Below are positions 9,854-20,104 of a stretch of DNA of 64,000 nucleotides, piece after piece. The position numbers and the translations under genes are program-made. The number at the start of each line of letters is the position of its first letter. The stretch's first letter is position 1. The stretch is taken from the IMG/VR virus record IMGVR_UViG_3300037247_001044, positions 6,831 to 70,830 of that record; one strand, given 5' to 3'. The notes under the pieces are model-generated. The model searched no databases. It had not been told where the DNA came from and saw nothing but the letters and a program-made list of their open reading frames with translations. The DNA comes from a virus.

Positions 9854-10317
9854 GGGGTTTGTCCTTTCGGGTTTACCAGCACGATCCCCTCGTCCGTCCC
9901 ACGCATCACGACCATCTCATCGTAGGGGTCTTTGTACTCATGGTCATCCTGCGGAATCCGCGGTACGTCATATTCGTCTTTCAGTCGCGGGTCGAACATC
10001 TTGAGTTCCGCCAGCCACATCTTGACGCCCTCGTCTGGGCATGTAGGCGCCGATGCTATCCAGTCGTCAAGGCTGGCGATGGCGCGATTACAAGACGCTG
10101 TTGCAAGTTCTGGAAACCACCGATACAACCACGGCCTACACTCGTCTATAAACCGGGGCAGTTGGTGCGTAAATGGCGAGTCGTTCGTCATCCAGCCAAG
10201 TATCTCGTACAAGTCGCCGATTCCGTTGTCATGCTCACCCCGCGGCGCCATCAATAGGCGGCTTGTGGTGATGACGAGGATCACCCGCAGGGGGAAGGTC
10301 TTGGTGATTTGTTTCAC
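9850..10317 (-). CDS. conserved phage hypothetical protein
   Basis: DLYEILGWMTNDSPFTHQLPR; AAGGAG SD. Confidence 0.6.
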   Translation of the reverse strand: MKQITKTFPLRVILVITTSRLLMAPRGEHDNGIGDLYEILGWMTNDSPFTHQLPRFIDECRPWLYRWFPELATASCNRAIASLDDWIASAPTCPDEGVKMWLAELKMFDPRLKDEYDVPRIPQDDHEYKDPYDEMVVMRGTDEGIVLVNPKGQTP

Positions 10318-10489
10318 GGGGTTGTCTCCTTTTCACAGTTCTTTCTCGATTGCTTTTTGCAGGCCATCCCGCTCCTTCTTGGTGGATGACCTGTAGCACA
10401 TCGGGCACAAGACGGGGAACCCATGACATGCCTCGAAGTAGACTCCACACCAAGAGCACACAAGCCCTTCGTAGAGATTTTCCGCAGCT

Positions 10490-13369
10490 TCACCCATTTT
10501 GATGCTTCTCCTCTCTGGCCGCCTCGTCTTCGGGCATTTCTTCGTCGCACTCGCCGCGAATCAGGACGGGACATGTGGGGCCGCAACCTCCCGATAGTCC
10601 CACAACCTCGCAGCCGGACGTTGACAACGGATAGTGGCCATCAATAAGCGCCAGACTATTCCGACAATGCTCGATTTCCGCCTGGGTCCGTACAGGCCTG
10701 ATGGCTGCTCCAAATCCGTCGAACACCTGCTTGCTTGCCGCGACTAGGTCGCGCTTGCTGTAATGGCCCGCCGCACGCCCTTGGCGGGTCAATAATCTGG
10801 TCGCGTAATCCACCAGCCGTTCGATTGGGTGCCACTTACTCACAATCCACCTCCTTCCTGGCCGCTTCGGCGGATTCGCGGGTGGAGAAACATCGTTCCA
10901 CCTCGATGTCATATTGATTGGGCCCACGCGAGTTGTCTGATGGCCATTTGACCGTGACACCCCAACCGGCGTTGTGCCAGACACGCCCACAACGAATTGC
11001 TCCTACTGCATCAATCGACCATACCTGGTCGTCTGGCATCTGTGGCACCCCATCGGCTGTCTTCGGCAGCTTGTCAACGAAGGCCTCCAGCTTCGGCAGC
11101 TTGGCGATGCGATGCGCAAGAGCCTCGTCGTTGTCACAGATAACAATGTTCCGTACGAAGCGGCCCTCGTCGTCCAACTCATCGATTCTCCACCAGGTGG
11201 TGCCGAAGTAATCGTGGTGCGTGGCGATCCAGTTCATGACTCCACCTCGTATTCCGCGCAAGTCATCCCAGAGTCCAGCATAGTGAGCGCATCATTGATA
11301 GCTCTGGTCACAGGCGGCGTGTCCGGAGTGTTCTCGCACGACGAGAACGGGTGAAGAATTTCGCCGGATCGCTTGATACGCTGCCGTAGTGTCTCTAGGT
11401 CTCGCGTCAGGTGGGTAATCTCGACTTCACTCATGATCCGCCTCCTTTCTGGCCGCCTGAAATGCGACCAGAAACCGGCACGTCTGATGGTTACAACACG
11501 GACGAGTGCAACAGGGGGGGCAATGAAGCGGCTTGGCTTCCAGCTCCTCAATCATCCGCACAACCATCTCTGTCGCCACGTCGCGCGGTGTGTCCGGCGA
11601 TGTCAGCAGGGCCTCGGCGAGCTCTGCTGTCGTTGGGTGCTCACTCACGACTCGGTCTCCTTTGCTTTGGCGATAGCAGCCTCCGCTAGTGTTGTCGCAA
11701 CGCCGCCCAGGGCTGAATCGCCTTGCACGGCAGCGTGTACCATTGCTTTGCACGCTTCCACCAAATCGTCATGGGCATTGCACGCGCGGACGATGAATTG
11801 AGCGTTAGCCTCCTCGTCCTCGTCCTCGGCCGTCACCACCTTTGCAACGCAACGGGTCGGTGCCTCAATAACCCAGCACGCAGAAAAGGCGGAAGCGGCA
11901 GTGTGGCGATATGTCCACGGTACTGGCGTATGGTTACTCACGATCCACCTCCTTCTCCCCAGGGCCGCGCCGTCACTTCGGTCCCATACCGCGCTCCCAT
12001 GTCATCCCGCCGTAGCGGTTCTTCGATGGGCGGGTCATCCTCCAGGTCTTCCTCGGGCAACAAATCTTCGAGTTCCCAAATTCGGGACTGGAGCTTCTTG
12101 TGGGTGTCCCGCTCGAGTTTCTTGAGTCGGTCGATCTCCTTTTCGCACCACTTCAGTCTGCCTCGCGTCTCCGCATGGGCACATTTCAAGTCGGACACCA
12201 TCTCGCACACCGGGCAGAGGTCGAGGTTGTGGACGACTTGGCAACCCTCGTGATCACGGCAGGCGCCGGGTATCGTCTCCAATTGCGGTCTGGTGTCGGG
12301 TGAACTAGCCATGGGTTTGCTCCGTGGTTGACAAATCTTTTGGCTCCCAGCCTCTGAACTCCAGCACCGGCATCCGCGAGTCAAACGGCAGGTCGCCGCA
12401 ATAGAGCGCGAGATGATCTGGATGGGCTTCGGACGGCCGGACTGCATAGACCGTACCATTCGGAAAGTGCGATAGTTGTAGTGTGACGATGGCACCGCAC
12501 TCGCGTCCGCCGACCAACTCGCACTCTCTGTAGTCTCGGTCCATGTTCAGGTCCTTTCATTGGCATTGAAACAGCTTCCCTCGATGAGGATTATGATTTT
12601 CATCAACAGCCCAAGTCCACCTGATACCAACCATGCCAGAGTTTGGATCTGGATGTTCAACGTACTCTCCAATCTTCCATTCATGCTGGTCATCTGGGGT
12701 AGGATGCTTGCGGTAAGCGTGAACGTCGCCCCTCCAGCGTTTTCCAATTGCGGTTCTCGTTGGAAGCGAACAAGAGTATTCCGGCAATGCGAATAGCTCT
12801 TCTCGGCTTATAATGGTTTCTTCCATGGTGAGTCAGCTATATCAGTGCCCTTTGTTATGGCGGCCACCGGCGTTGCTTCCTGCGCGGCCGGTTCCACCGA
12901 GTTATTCCGTACGATACGATGCGGGTTCCACCCGCTCCATCGCTCAGCCGTCGTGGCCGGGGCGTCCTTCGGTGACTTGCTCCGATTCGGCCGGGAGCGG
13001 GAGTTCCGTGCCACGTGCCTCACACGCAACCGTTCGCATTTGCCCGATCTCGCCGTCTTCATCGAGTAATTCTTGCACCTCCATGGCCGCCCGCTGTAGG
13101 GCGAGAGCATCGAATGTGCACCAGTGTTTGCCTGCATAGTCCTCAATCATCCCCATCGCGGTTCTGGCCGAGCCCGCGCGGGCAACCAGACAATCGACGA
13201 CTATCGGCTTTGGCGGATCGCTGCCATCAATGCCTCGGATCTCAGCTAGGGCGCGGTAGAATTCCCCGCGTCGGCCAACAAAGAGAAGTACTTGGTGGCC
13301 TCCATGGAAGCCGCTGCCAAATGGGATCGCGTGGACGTTCCTGAACCCTAACTCAGCGTTTGATTTCAT
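10490..13369 (-). other. cluster of short, overlapping early hypothetical genes
   Basis: Chain of 60-160-aa minus-strand ORFs with coupled start/stop codons (e.g. 10836-11237, 11645-11941, 12305-12544, 12557-12826, 12944-13369). Confidence 0.5.
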
Positions 13370-13432
13370 GGTCTCATTCTCCTTTGTCGGGGGAAACAAT
13401 CGCCTAGCCGTCCTGGCCGTCGCGTCCTGATT

Positions 13433-13585
13433 TCAGTCGTCTTCCCATTCGTTATCCTCGTCGTCATCGTCATCCCAGTCGTCGTCCTCGTCGTCATCCT
13501 CCCAGTCGTCATCGTCGTATCGGCCGACGTCACCTGGCTTGATACGACTCTGACGGACGATCCCGAATCCATCTGCAACGGTCAT
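13433..13585 (-). CDS. 50-aa highly acidic peptide
   Basis: Not in ORF track: MTVADGFGIVRQSRIKPGDVGRYDDDDWEDDDEDDDWDDDDDEDNEWEDD, with GGAG SD. Confidence 0.6.
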   Translation of the reverse strand: MTVADGFGIVRQSRIKPGDVGRYDDDDWEDDDEDDDWDDDDDEDNEWEDD

Positions 13586-14325
13586 GATTCACTCCCACGG
13601 CCAACGGCCAGTAAAGGCGTAGTACACCAGCAGGCAGCCTGCGGCTGTAGCCAGGGTGTCTGTACTGATGGCAACGGCGGATATTAGGGAACGCATGGCG
13701 TCTCCTTTGCCTCAAGCCTCAAACTTATACCGCCAGTGCAGAAAAACATCTTATCCAAAGTATCGGGGGCAAGATCTATCTTCGCTCTCAGTGCATCTTC
13801 TATCGACGACACCAAGCCTCGGGGCCCCGACGGGGAACCTCCAACCGTCCGAAGAACTCGCCAAAGTACACAGGCCTCTTCGTGCGACAGGTCGAGCTTG
13901 TAGGTATCTACAGTAACAGTCTCGCGTTTACACTGTGCCATGATTACTCCTTTGCCAAGGGTAAAAGGCCCCGCCGAACTCGACGCCCGGGGTTGTTGCA
14001 GCCGCCACGTAGAAGAAGAAATGCGGCGCGAGCTGGCTCGAACAGCCTGCGACTGCCAGGGGGCAGCCTGCCGCCCTGACGCGGAGACGGTCCCAGCGGA
14101 CCATTGGCTTCCGCGTGTTTTCGCGGTACGCCGCGCAGAAGAAAGTCGCAACGGCTCCCGAGGCCCTGTTATCCGGTAAGAATAACTCCGGGGTTCCGTT
14201 AGGCCGGCCGCCGTCCGCTCGGGCACGGAACGCACACCCGAGGACTTGATTGGCCACGGAGCCGTTGCGAGAGAAGAACCCTATTCGGGGGCGGCATTTC
14301 AGCTTGCGTGTGGCCATCTCGTGTT

Positions 14326-15048
14326 TCACCGCTCTTCCGTGACATTAGGCGCACAGATTTCGAGACACCGCCGGACAGTCGCCAGATCAAACACGCGGGA
14401 AGTTCGGATCCTGGTTTCCATGTCGACCCAGAATCGCCCTTCGCCAGCCGCTTCCGAGATCGCCTGCAATTCGTTTCCGAGGTTATCCGGACCGAGTCCG
14501 CCAGCATAACCAGAGTAGATTCCCGCCATCGCGCTTGGCCACTTGTCCGGCACGACGCCCACTCCTCCCGACTTGTCGTACAAAGGCACTGCGTCCAAGC
14601 CAGCGTCGCGGGCGATCCCCACAAGTTGATCGTTCACTCCGTCGCACTGAAAAATCACCTGCCATCTTTGTTCCCGATATCGTCTCTTTGCAGCGTCAAC
14701 AAAGTTAGGAGCTAGTAAGTGCTGGTGCGCATGGAAATTGAGCTGCACACGCTTGCCAAGATCCAGAAGTGGACCGACGTTGGTGAAGAGTGGCGTCCAG
14801 TTGCCGGCGCAAATCTCACGCACCCACTGTCCGCACACGTGAAACGATAACGGTATAAGGCGGCACCGACGGCATGTGTCGGATAGCCGCGCAAGCCATT
14901 GCAGGGACGGAAATCTGTTGCCACCACCGCTTGAGCCTGACAGAAGAATTCCCCATTCGACGAACGGAAACTCCTCGGATAATTCGACCAGGTTCTTTGG
15001 GTCAACCGAATCGTCTGCACCAGTCATTGTTACGCGGCTGAGCTTCAT
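14326..15048 (-). CDS. phosphoribosylanthranilate isomerase (TrpF)-like TIM-barrel protein
   Basis: VTMTGAD, YDKSGGVG, GYAGGLGPDN, WVDMET motifs. Confidence 0.7.
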   Translation of the reverse strand: MKLSRVTMTGADDSVDPKNLVELSEEFPFVEWGILLSGSSGGGNRFPSLQWLARLSDTCRRCRLIPLSFHVCGQWVREICAGNWTPLFTNVGPLLDLGKRVQLNFHAHQHLLAPNFVDAAKRRYREQRWQVIFQCDGVNDQLVGIARDAGLDAVPLYDKSGGVGVVPDKWPSAMAGIYSGYAGGLGPDNLGNELQAISEAAGEGRFWVDMETRIRTSRVFDLATVRRCLEICAPNVTEER

Positions 15049-15173
15049 GTGTGTTCTCTTCCCTCGGCTTTGGTGAGCCAAGTATGTCAGCCCCTATTTC
15101 AAATCCTCGACCAGCCGCCGTGATCTGCAATGCCGTCCGTGTGCGACGGCTGGCCGAGGGGTTGATTGTCTTA

Positions 15174-15722
15174 CTAAATCCCTCCGGTCATCACCATAGA
15201 TCGGATGTCGATCAGCACGGTCGTGGCCGCGGTCGCCACACGCTTGGCAATCCGCCCAATGGCGTATTTGCTCGCACTGACCGGAGCCACTGACTGACTG
15301 AGCAGGTGAATCGTTTCCTTCCCATCATTCACCTCGTCATGTCCCCCATGCAGTTCATAATCGACGCCCATCATGTCCCCCAGTTCAAACGTGCCGCTGG
15401 GACAGTCGAACTCGAACACGCCGGTGGTGGCCACTCGTACCGGATCCGTATCGCCCGAACGGCTTCGCTGCATGGCCACTCCGAGAAAGTCCTCAGCGAA
15501 TCTTTCCTGCCGAATTACTTCATAGGCCTCGTCTCCCTTGCCGGCTAATTCTGGTCGAGACTCATATTGGACCATCGACGCTGGTTTGGCTGAGGCACCT
15601 AACTCATGGAATTCATGGCGTTCCTGGTAAAGCAGATCGCCGATTTCGATGACGCTCGCCGAATCGACCGCCGAAACGACCGGGTTCCTGTCGCCGTATC
15701 TCCAACGCGTCTTGTCGCTCAT
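15174..15722 (-). CDS. capsid cement/decoration-like protein (second copy, in early region)
   Basis: VIEIGDLL...FLGVAM...VRVATTGVFEF...IGRIAK pattern typical of DUF2190-like proteins. Confidence 0.6.
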   Translation of the reverse strand: MSDKTRWRYGDRNPVVSAVDSASVIEIGDLLYQERHEFHELGASAKPASMVQYESRPELAGKGDEAYEVIRQERFAEDFLGVAMQRSRSGDTDPVRVATTGVFEFDCPSGTFELGDMMGVDYELHGGHDEVNDGKETIHLLSQSVAPVSASKYAIGRIAKRVATAATTVLIDIRSMVMTGGI

Positions 15723-16146
15723 TCCGCTATCCTTTCCAAAGAACCCCAAGGGAAAACAGCCGGCGGCCCGGCCACCCAAGCCGTCGACAACGGTAGGCAG
15801 TGTTACCAAGTGCATGCCCAGGCACGGCTGGGACCGGGAGTGTATCCCAGCATTGCCGCGGCGGCGGGCGTGGCCCTGGGCCGCGGGATCGGCTGTGCTC
15901 ACGTGTAAGCAAAAGTAGACGCGCCTCGGCCACCACACAGCCAGCCGAGGCGCGCAAACAAAACCCCCTCGGGCCGCCATCCTGGTCGAACCAGCGGACC
16001 CTCGGGGGGGATAGGGACAATCATCGCTAACGCGCAGAACGCGCGCTCGACCAGGAGCGTTCATCAGGGGCTTCTTTAGTTAGGGCACCAACTTGGCGCT
16101 CGAGCTACTCGAGCTTAGAGGTGCCAGTGTTTCGCTTATACCGGCG

Positions 16147-16174
16147 ATTGTAGCAAGTACGCTACGCCTGTCAA
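16147..16174 (-). promoter_or_regulatory. sigma70 promoter overlapped by an operator-like palindrome
   Basis: TTGACA-16 bp-TACAAT on minus strand; GTAGC-N6-GCTAC at 16150-16165. Confidence 0.75.
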
Positions 16175-16176
16175 GG

Positions 16177-16422
16177 TCACTTTTTTGGAATTTCTGCAAC
16201 TTGTCGAAGTTGGTCGGTTTCTACGCCCAGGGCATCGGCCAATCTGTAGAGGACATCACTGCTGGGCGTCAGGCGGCCCGTCTCAATGCGTGCAATCGTG
16301 ACCCTGTGCACTTTTACCGTTTTGGCCAAGGCCTCCTGAGAGAGCCCCTGCTGCTTTCTGAGGCGGGGCAGATTTGCAGACAGTGCTTCTCGCAGTCTGG
16401 TTTCGTCAATCATTTCGCTCAT
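16177..16422 (-). CDS. XRE-family HTH repressor
   Basis: LRKQQGLSQEALAKTVKVHRVTIARIETG...LADALGV. Confidence 0.9.
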   Translation of the reverse strand: MSEMIDETRLREALSANLPRLRKQQGLSQEALAKTVKVHRVTIARIETGRLTPSSDVLYRLADALGVETDQLRQVAEIPKK

Positions 16423-16428
16423 CCTGGT

Positions 16429-16457
16429 ATTGTAGCGAATGCGTTACGCGATACAAT
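16429..16457. promoter_or_regulatory. overlapping divergent promoters with second operator
   Basis: ATTGTA...TACAAT gives a TACAAT -10 on each strand; GTAGC-N6-GTTAC at 16432-16447. Confidence 0.6.
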
Positions 16458-16487
16458 AGGAATCGGGGTAGGTGAAAGGAAAGACGA

Positions 16488-16661
16488 ATGAATCCCGACG
16501 ACGCCACGTTTGACCAAGGGGTATTATGGGCCGCCGCGCGATTGGTAGAATTTCACGACCAGCCGGGGATTGCCAAAGAACTGCTACAGCAGTCAGGCGT
16601 CGATGTACTGGAGGCAGACATCACCGACGCGCCATTCATTGCGAAAGCGATGGAAGGATAA
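16488..16661 (+). CDS. 57-aa hypothetical protein divergent from the repressor
   Basis: Not in ORF track: AAAGGA SD, MNPDDATFDQGVLWAAARLVEFHDQPGIAKELL... Confidence 0.55.
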   Translation: MNPDDATFDQGVLWAAARLVEFHDQPGIAKELLQQSGVDVLEADITDAPFIAKAMEG

Positions 16662-17186
16662 TCCCCGCCACGACTTGCGGCAAGAAATGCTCTAGAGTCA
16701 GTCCGCTGACATTGTTTGCAACCCGGAATCGAGGACACTCCAATGACGAAGATCAATTACCCTCCCGGGAAGACCAATATGCCATGGATTTGCGTGGTCG
16801 GCGTGGCGGCCATCGGGTGCGTATTAGTAGCGACTGCCGATTACGACGATCCGCTGAAGATTCCCGCATGCTACTCGACGGTTCTGGATAGGATCACAAT
16901 ATCAATCACACTAAAGTTTGACGACGAGAGCATTTTTCCGTGGCTGACCTGTCGTTCCAATCGCGGACAGATTCTGTTGCGGGCGCGCGTCAATAATCTT
17001 GTGCGAGGTTCTGAAGACCAGCATATCCGTTGTCAGGAGTAGTCTTCGTGCCGGTATGGTATGGCTCTGCTGGCGATCAGTTGGAGTAATCCTTAACAGC
17101 AGAAACCCCCTTTGCGACAGACGCCGAGAGGTCCAAACTCCCGGAGGTCCAAGCGCCGGCCGGAGCTGCTTTAGCCGAAATGAAAT

Positions 17187-17501
17187 ATGGCAGACGCCCA
17201 AAAAGCCGACTTGGAATTCGATCCGCCCTTGGATGCAGGTATTTCCCACGCGGTACTTGCTTTGATCAGCCATGGAGTGGAAACTTTCGAGTCGTGCGAG
17301 GGAGGGCCTGGGCATGCTTACCCAGTGCCAACCGTGCGATTCCACGGAGAGGCCTCAGAAGGTTTCCGTGCTTTGGCGGCGGCAATGAAAGAGGGCTTGC
17401 CCGTCGCGGAACTAAGGCGGGTGTGGTCCATTCAGGACGAAGAACCGACAGGCCCGTGGTGGGAGATCACGTTTGTGAAGATCCCCACCACGGGCCTCTA
17501 G
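17187..17501 (+). CDS. hypothetical protein
   Basis: PPLDAGISHAV..L...GVETFESCEG motif. Confidence 0.6.
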   Translation: MADAQKADLEFDPPLDAGISHAVLALISHGVETFESCEGGPGHAYPVPTVRFHGEASEGFRALAAAMKEGLPVAELRRVWSIQDEEPTGPWWEITFVKIPTTGL

Positions 17502-17766
17502 TCGCACTAGGATGCGGGGGCAGAATTTTAGCGAACAACACCGTGTCCTGATCGATGCCGACCGTATGCCCGGTCGCTTTGCAGATCGCGATCAGGTGGT
17601 GTACGTTCGGCTCTTTCTCGCCGCTCTCCAGCCCGCAGACAAAACGCTGGGACACCCCGATCGCGTCGGCTAGCTCACGCTGAGTGAGCTTCGCTGCCAA
17701 GCGGGCGTCGCGGATTTCTTGGTTGAGAGCGGGGCGGGGGATTTTTCGGGTTTTGCGTTTTGGCAT
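17467..17766 (-). CDS. XRE-family HTH protein
   Basis: IRDARLAAKLTQRELADAIGVSQRFVCGLESG. Confidence 0.85.
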   Translation of the reverse strand: MPKRKTRKIPRPALNQEIRDARLAAKLTQRELADAIGVSQRFVCGLESGEKEPNVHHLIAICKATGHTVGIDQDTVLFAKILPPHPSATRGPWWGSSQT

Positions 17767-17891
17767 GTCAGAAAACCTCGTCAGGGGTCAGTTGCTCAAA
17801 ATCCCACCCCCGGCGGCCAGAACCCGGGGAGTCTAATTCCGGGCAACGGCCATCACCGTAACCCATACGACTAGCCGAGGGGTGGGGAAAT

Positions 17892-18077
17892 CTATATCAG
17901 TCGTAGTGTGGCGACTTCAAACAGAATCGTTTTGTCTGGGCAAAACCGGGCACAAGCTCTCTCGCCCATTATTTTCATGAACTCGTTATGACAGACGATT
18001 GTGTCGCCGTCGGCAGCGTCCGCGATCTTGTCGGCTAGATGTGCTGTCCAGTTGCCCATGGGGATCTCGTGCTTCAT
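17892..18077 (-). CDS. hypothetical protein
   Basis: MKHEIPMG start behind a GAGGAG-containing repeat. Confidence 0.5.
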   Translation of the reverse strand: MKHEIPMGNWTAHLADKIADAADGDTIVCHNEFMKIMGERACARFCPDKTILFEVATLRLI

Positions 18078-18123
18078 TTCAACTCCTCGGGTTAGGGAAA
18101 AGGAAATCCTTGGATCACGACGA

Positions 18124-18399
18124 TTAGTTGTCTGACATGAGTCGAACGAACTCGTCGGCATCCTCGTCTGTGGGAATCCAGTCGGCGTCTTTGTACGCTT
18201 CCCAAAAATAGGTGTCGAACACGTCGGCCAACGAACACTCGTAGTCAGCGTCTGAAGATGGATTGATGCCGGACTCAAGCATCCACTCGGTATCCACTCG
18301 CCGAACGACAGGGTCCATGGGGCAGTCGTCGACGTTTTCATCGTTGTAGTAGTCGCGGGCTGTCCGGTAGACGTCCTGAAATGTTCCAATAGTTCTCAT
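18124..18399 (-). CDS. small acidic early protein
   Basis: D/E- and aromatic-rich, GAGGAG SD. Confidence 0.6.
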   Translation of the reverse strand: MRTIGTFQDVYRTARDYYNDENVDDCPMDPVVRRVDTEWMLESGINPSSDADYECSLADVFDTYFWEAYKDADWIPTDEDADEFVRLMSDN

Positions 18400-18542
18400 C
18401 GTTTCAACTCCTCGGGTTAGGGTTGGAGAAAAAAAGGCTGGCTCCCCGCCGGACGGCCACACGTTGGTTAGCCTCCAGTGGAGGCCCGCCCGGTGCCCGG
18501 TATCCGTCCGCCTGGGCCTGGCGTGGCGGGGAGCCAGGGAGA

Positions 18543-18920
18543 TTAGTCGATGTTGTAACCAGCCGCTTCCAGTTTCGGTCGCAATTCTTCAACCAATGAT
18601 TGCGGAGCTGCTTCTCCTTCCTCCGCCAGGCCCGCAGTGTCCGGCACGCACATCAAGAGACGTTGGCGGCGGATGGGTGGGCCGTACGCGATCAGATTCC
18701 CGCTGCCGAGCGGGTGGAGGGGAAATTCCTCGTCGCCGGCCGGGTCGCTCGGGTCTATCGAGGAATAGTGGCGCATGCCATCTGAGTCGATGGGATAGCA
18801 TTCTGCGTCCGCGGCGCTGATTTCCGCCAGGTGCATATCTACAGCGATCCAGCCGCCTGCGACACTGGCTGCCATGCCGATCCACTCCGCGGTCTTCTGG
18901 TCGATCAATCGGTATTTCAT
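18543..18920 (-). CDS. hypothetical early protein
   Basis: GGGAG SD, MKYRLIDQ start. Confidence 0.55.
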   Translation of the reverse strand: MKYRLIDQKTAEWIGMAASVAGGWIAVDMHLAEISAADAECYPIDSDGMRHYSSIDPSDPAGDEEFPLHPLGSGNLIAYGPPIRRQRLLMCVPDTAGLAEEGEAAPQSLVEELRPKLEAAGYNID

Positions 18921-19007
18921 CTCATTTCTCCCTTTGCCTCCCCCGATTCTGCGGGGGCCAGGTCGAGAGTCACTTGCTCTCGGCAAACTCAAGCCGGCCG
19001 CCCAGGG

Positions 19008-19229
19008 CTAGACCGGCACTCCATCGCTATCCACAAGGCCCTTAGTCACGTTAGCAGCATAGACTGTCACACCTTCAGCCACTTCGTGAATGTTGTTTTG
19101 CAAGAACGTATCTATCGCTTCCGCATCGTCGATCTTATCCCCGTCAAAACTCAGAGTAATCTCAACAGTCAGTTCGATTCGTCTCATCGTTTCGCTCCTC
19201 GTTTCGGGTTGTCGTTGTGTCCTTGTCAT
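19008..19229 (-). CDS. small acidic early protein
   Basis: First ORF after a strong promoter; GAGGAG precedes internal MRRIEL. Confidence 0.55.
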   Translation of the reverse strand: MTRTQRQPETRSETMRRIELTVEITLSFDGDKIDDAEAIDTFLQNNIHEVAEGVTVYAANVTKGLVDSDGVPV

Positions 19230-19235
19230 ACTTGT

Positions 19236-19263
19236 ATTATACCCTCTAGGTCGTCAGAGTCAA
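19236..19263 (-). promoter_or_regulatory. strong sigma70 promoter
   Basis: TTGACT-16 bp-TATAAT. Confidence 0.75.
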
Positions 19264-19356
19264 TATACCCCGTGGGGTTTTCTCGATTATTCCCGAAAAG
19301 GGCAAGAATGGGGGGGCAGGGTTGCCTAGATTGACATGGGGCGGCGAGTCCACTCG

Positions 19357-19896
19357 TCACCCCCCTCGGATCGGCACGTCCTGATGCCCGAGACGATTCA
19401 GCCACGGAAACGGCACGGCGGGAATGGGCCGGTCGAGAAACTGGCACAATGGCTCCCAGTCAGAAGCCAACGGCACGCAAAGGAGCTGGGCCGGCGGAAT
19501 GGTGTTCACGATCGTGTCGTGGTGCCAGTCCCACGCAGTCCGCAGCCCGGCACGATCGGTTGGGCTGCAGCCGAACAATGTGTTCCGATGATACTGATCG
19601 TAGATCATCGGCGACGTCCAGAAGCCCGGTATTCGTAGCAGGCTCCTGCGCCAAGCGCTAAATCGCCGCGTACTCAAGATGAATTTCGAGCGGGGAAACA
19701 TCTCGAGCAGATCCCGCCAATGCGTAGCGATCAGGACGTCTCCGGCCGCGTCGTGTCCCTCAAGCTGATCCCAGTGCCGCGGATTGTCGATCGGGTTCCA
19801 TCCGAGGATGCGGAGCGCTTTCGACAGGCTGGTTGTTCCGCACCGGGGCAGGCTTACAATCCAGACGTGTGGTTTAGCGTTCATGGGCATTCGCAT
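19357..19896 (-). CDS. sulfotransferase-family (P-loop) protein
   Basis: SLPRCGTTSLSKALRILG ... DWEPLCQFLDRPIPAVPFPWLN. Confidence 0.8.
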   Translation of the reverse strand: MRMPMNAKPHVWIVSLPRCGTTSLSKALRILGWNPIDNPRHWDQLEGHDAAGDVLIATHWRDLLEMFPRSKFILSTRRFSAWRRSLLRIPGFWTSPMIYDQYHRNTLFGCSPTDRAGLRTAWDWHHDTIVNTIPPAQLLCVPLASDWEPLCQFLDRPIPAVPFPWLNRLGHQDVPIRGG

Positions 19897-20104
19897 TCAC
19901 CATCAGCGCTCTTTCCGGGCGGCACTGGTGCCTCGCCATACGTCCGGAGCCGTTCCTTCCACGCCGGATTTGCGTAACATTTCGCACATAGTCCTTCGTG
20001 ACCAGGGTGACTAGCTACAAACACCGCTGCGTCACCAGACGTAAACGGCGCATGACAACAACTACAAATGCATTTAATGGGCATCACGGTTTCCTTCGTG
20101 TGGT

